64,000 bases of DNA from the human T2T-CHM13v2.0 reference genome, Homo sapiens, in the NCBI RefSeq assembly GCF_009914755.1, contig NC_060948.1; one strand, 5' to 3'. The notes under the pieces were generated by a model. The model was not told the origin of the DNA. It did not search any database and saw only the letters and a program-made list of their open reading frames with translations. The stretch's first letter is position 1. The number at the start of each line of letters is the position of its first letter. A program made the translations under genes and the position numbers. This document shows positions 60,504 to 64,000 of this stretch, piece by piece.

Positions 60504-61537
60504 GTAGCTCTATCATAAAACTCCTTCAGTCAGAAAATATAAGTAACAGAAAAAAATAGGAAATAATCAAATTGATACATACTATTTCATACCATTTTTA
60601 TCCTTTTCTAAACATCAATCTCTTAAGATGATACCATAAAAATAACACATGAAAGTATATTAGAGGCATACACTTCTACTTTATTGCAAAGACTGTAATC
60701 TCTTTGGCCCTATTGTCCAATACAATATATGGTAGCAGGTATAGAAAGTGCTTAATATGTTTTTACTTGTGGTAAAATACACATAATATACAAATTCACC
60801 TTTTAACCATTTGAAGTGTAGCTAGCAGCAGCATGAATTGTATTCACATTGCTGTGAAAACATTGTAAATATCCGTCTCGAGATTTTCTCATCATCCCAA
60901 ACCGAAGCAACATACCTATTAATAAATAACTCCTCATTCTCCCCTTCCCTCAACCCCTGGTAACCACTATTGTGTACTTTCTGTCTTTATGAATTTGATT
61001 ATTCCAGGTGCTTAATATAAGTGAAATCGTACAATAATTGTCCTTTTCTGTATAATTTATTTCACTTAGCATAATGTTTTCAAGGTTCATTTATGTTGTA
61101 GCATGTTTCAAAATTTCAATTTTTCAAGGCTGAATGATATTCCACTGCAGGTGTATACTAATTTTGATTATCCATTCATTGGTAATGGACATTTGGGTTG
61201 TAACCACATTTGGCTATTATAAATAATGCCGCTATGAACATTGATATACAAATATCTCTTCAAGTATCTGCTTTCAATTATTTTGGGTATATGCCAAGAA
61301 GTGGAATTTCTAAATCATCATATAGCAATGGTACATTAAGTTTTTAAGGAGCTGCCACACTGTTTTCCAAAGCTGCTGCACCATTTTACATTTCCACCAA
61401 CGGTGCACAGGCTTTCAATTTCTGTGCATACTTATCAACAGTTGTTACTTAGTATTCTTGTTTGTCTGTTTGGTTGTTTTTGTTTGTTTTGTTTTGTTTT
61501 AAGAACCATCCTACTGTGTGTGAAGAGTATCTGATAG

Positions 61538-61846
<309 letters not shown>

Positions 61847-63155
61847 CTGATAGTAGTTTTGGATTTGAATTTCCCTGATGATTAGTGATGTCGGGTATCT
61901 TTTCATGTGCTCATTGGCCATTTGTATATCTACTTTGGAGAAATGTCTATTCGAATGCTTTGCCCATTTTTTCAATTGTTTTTGTTGTAGTTCAATTGTA
62001 GAGGTGAGGTTTTTATATACTCATATCCCTTATCAGATATATGATTTGCAAATATATTCTCCCTTTTCACACTTATGTCAGTGTCCTTGGGTGTATAACA
62101 GTTTTTAAATTTTGCTGAAGTCCATTTCATCTATTTTTTTCTTTTATTGTCTCTATTTGGTGTCATATTCAAGAAATCTTGCCTAACCCAATGTAATGAA
62201 AATATTCTCATATATTTCTATCTAAGAGTTTACTACTTGTAGCTCTTATTTTTAGGACTTTGATCCACTTTGAATTAATTCTTTACATAGTAATTAATTA
62301 ATCCGACTTCATTTTTTTTTGCATATTTATATCCAATTTCCCCAGGGCCGCTTATTGAAAAGACTATTCATTTCTTACTAAATTGTCTTGGAATCTTGCC
62401 AAAAATCATTTGACTATGAATGTGCAGATTTATTTCTGGGCTCTCTATTCTATGCATTTATGTGTGTCTTTAGGATAGTATGACACTATTTTCATTACCA
62501 TAGCTTTGTAATAAGTTTTGAAATCAGGAAGTGTGGCACCTCCAAATCTCTCTCTCTTTAAAATGATTTCTTGGCTATTCAGAGTCCTTTGAAATTCCAC
62601 ATGAATTTTGGGGTAGATTTTTCTAATTTTGCCGTAGAATGTCATTTGGATTTTTGATTGGGTTTGCATTGAATCTGTACATCTCTTTGGTGGTATTGAC
62701 ATCTTCACAATATTAAATCTGACAACCCATGAACACAAAAGGTCTCTTCATATACTTATAAATTCTTTAATTTCTTCCAGTGATTTTTGTAGTTTTCAGT
62801 GTATATGTTTTTGTCTTCTTTATATGGTTAATCCTAAATACTTTACTCTTTTTGGTGCTATTATAAACTGAATTGTTTTTCTAATTTTGTTTTCATAATA
62901 TTTATTGTGAATGTGTAGAAACAAAACATATTTTTGTGTTAATTTTGTATTCTGCAACTTCGTTTAATTCTCTTATTTGATCCAATAGTATTTTATAGCA
63001 TCCTCAATGTTTTCTATTAAAAAGATCCTGTCTTATACAAACAGAAATAATTTTACTTCTTCAATTTCAATTACGTTTAATTCTTTTTCTTACCTAACTG
63101 CCCTGGCTAGAACTTCCAGTTCTATGTTGAATACACCCAGTGAAATCAAGCATTC

Positions 63156-63444
63156 TTTTTTTAAAATTTTAAGTTCGAGGTGCGTGTGCAGGTTTGTCAT
63201 ATAGGTAAACTCATGTCATTGGGGTTTGTTGTACAGTTTATTTCATTACCTAGGCACTAAGCCTAGCACCCAATAGTTATTTTTTCTAATCCTCTCTCTC
63301 CCCCACCTCTCCACCCTTAAGTAGGCGCCAGTGTCTGTCGTTCTAGTCTTTGTGTCCATGTGTTCTCGTCATTTAGCTCCCACTTACAAGTTAGAACATG
63401 AGGTGTTTGGTTTTCTGTTCCTATGTTAGTTTGCTAAGGATAAT
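63156..63444 (-). mobile_element. L1PA14/15-like 3' fragment nested in L1MB
   Basis: 'ttttaagttc...gtgtgcaggtttg...ataggtaaactcatgtc...gggtttgttgtacag...ttagtttgctaaggataat'. Confidence 0.8.
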
Positions 63445-64000
63445 CTTTCAGAACTTAGATGAAAAGCTTTTAGTCTTTCATTATTGACTATGATGCTAAA
63501 TATGGATATTTCAAGATATTTCATATATGGCCATTATTTATTGAGGTTGTTTCCTTCTATTCCTAATTTGCTGTGTTTTTATTATAAGGAATGTTTAATT
63601 TTGTGAAATGTTTTTCTGCATCAAGACAACGGTTTCTTCTCCTTCATTTTCTTGGAACACTATCATAATACATCACATTTAAGAAAAATTGCACTTTGTC
63701 CTAGTGTATAATCCTTTTATTGTACTTCATAATTTCATTTACTAGTATGTTGTTGAAATTTTTTGCATCAACATTCATTAGGTATAGTAGCCTGTAGTTT
63801 TCTTTTATGTAGCGTCTTTGGATTTGGCATTAGGAAAATGTTGGCCTCATAGAATGAGTTAAGAAGTGTTCATTCTCTTTATTATTTCGGAAAGGTTTTA
63901 AAAGAATTGCTGTTTATTCATTTACCAATATTTTTAAAAGAATTCATTAATGAAGCCATCTGCTCCAGGGCTTTTTTTGTTGTGAGATTTTTGATTCCTG

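Overview
AT-rich human genomic DNA. A near-consensus AluYb element at 51944, from a human-specific lineage, indicates human origin. The window is dominated by interspersed repeats: many LINE-1 copies of different ages (several nested and at least four apparently 5'-inverted), Alu/FLAM SINEs, ERVL-MaLR, ERV1 and ERVL LTRs including a complete LTR-int-LTR MST element, DNA-transposon MITEs (MER58B, MER2, MER30), MIR/L2 relics and microsatellites. I found no supportable protein-coding gene. The recognisable ORFs in the track are decayed L1 ORF2 fragments, Alu-derived frames or low-complexity sequence. A few splice-site-bounded segments in unique sequence could be exons of a host (possibly non-coding) transcript, but this is unproven. 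I did not find a convincing new biological system. The most unusual signals are small repair or insertion scars: a fold-back plus captured L1 fragment inside a MIR (13248-13327), a templated insert carrying the terminus of a nearby MST LTR (37201-37294), a twin-primed L1 with a short 3' transduction and a scrambled target-site copy, and a twin-primed L1 missing about 1.1 kb. Subfamily names come from recalled consensus motifs, not a RepeatMasker run, and boundaries of old elements are approximate.
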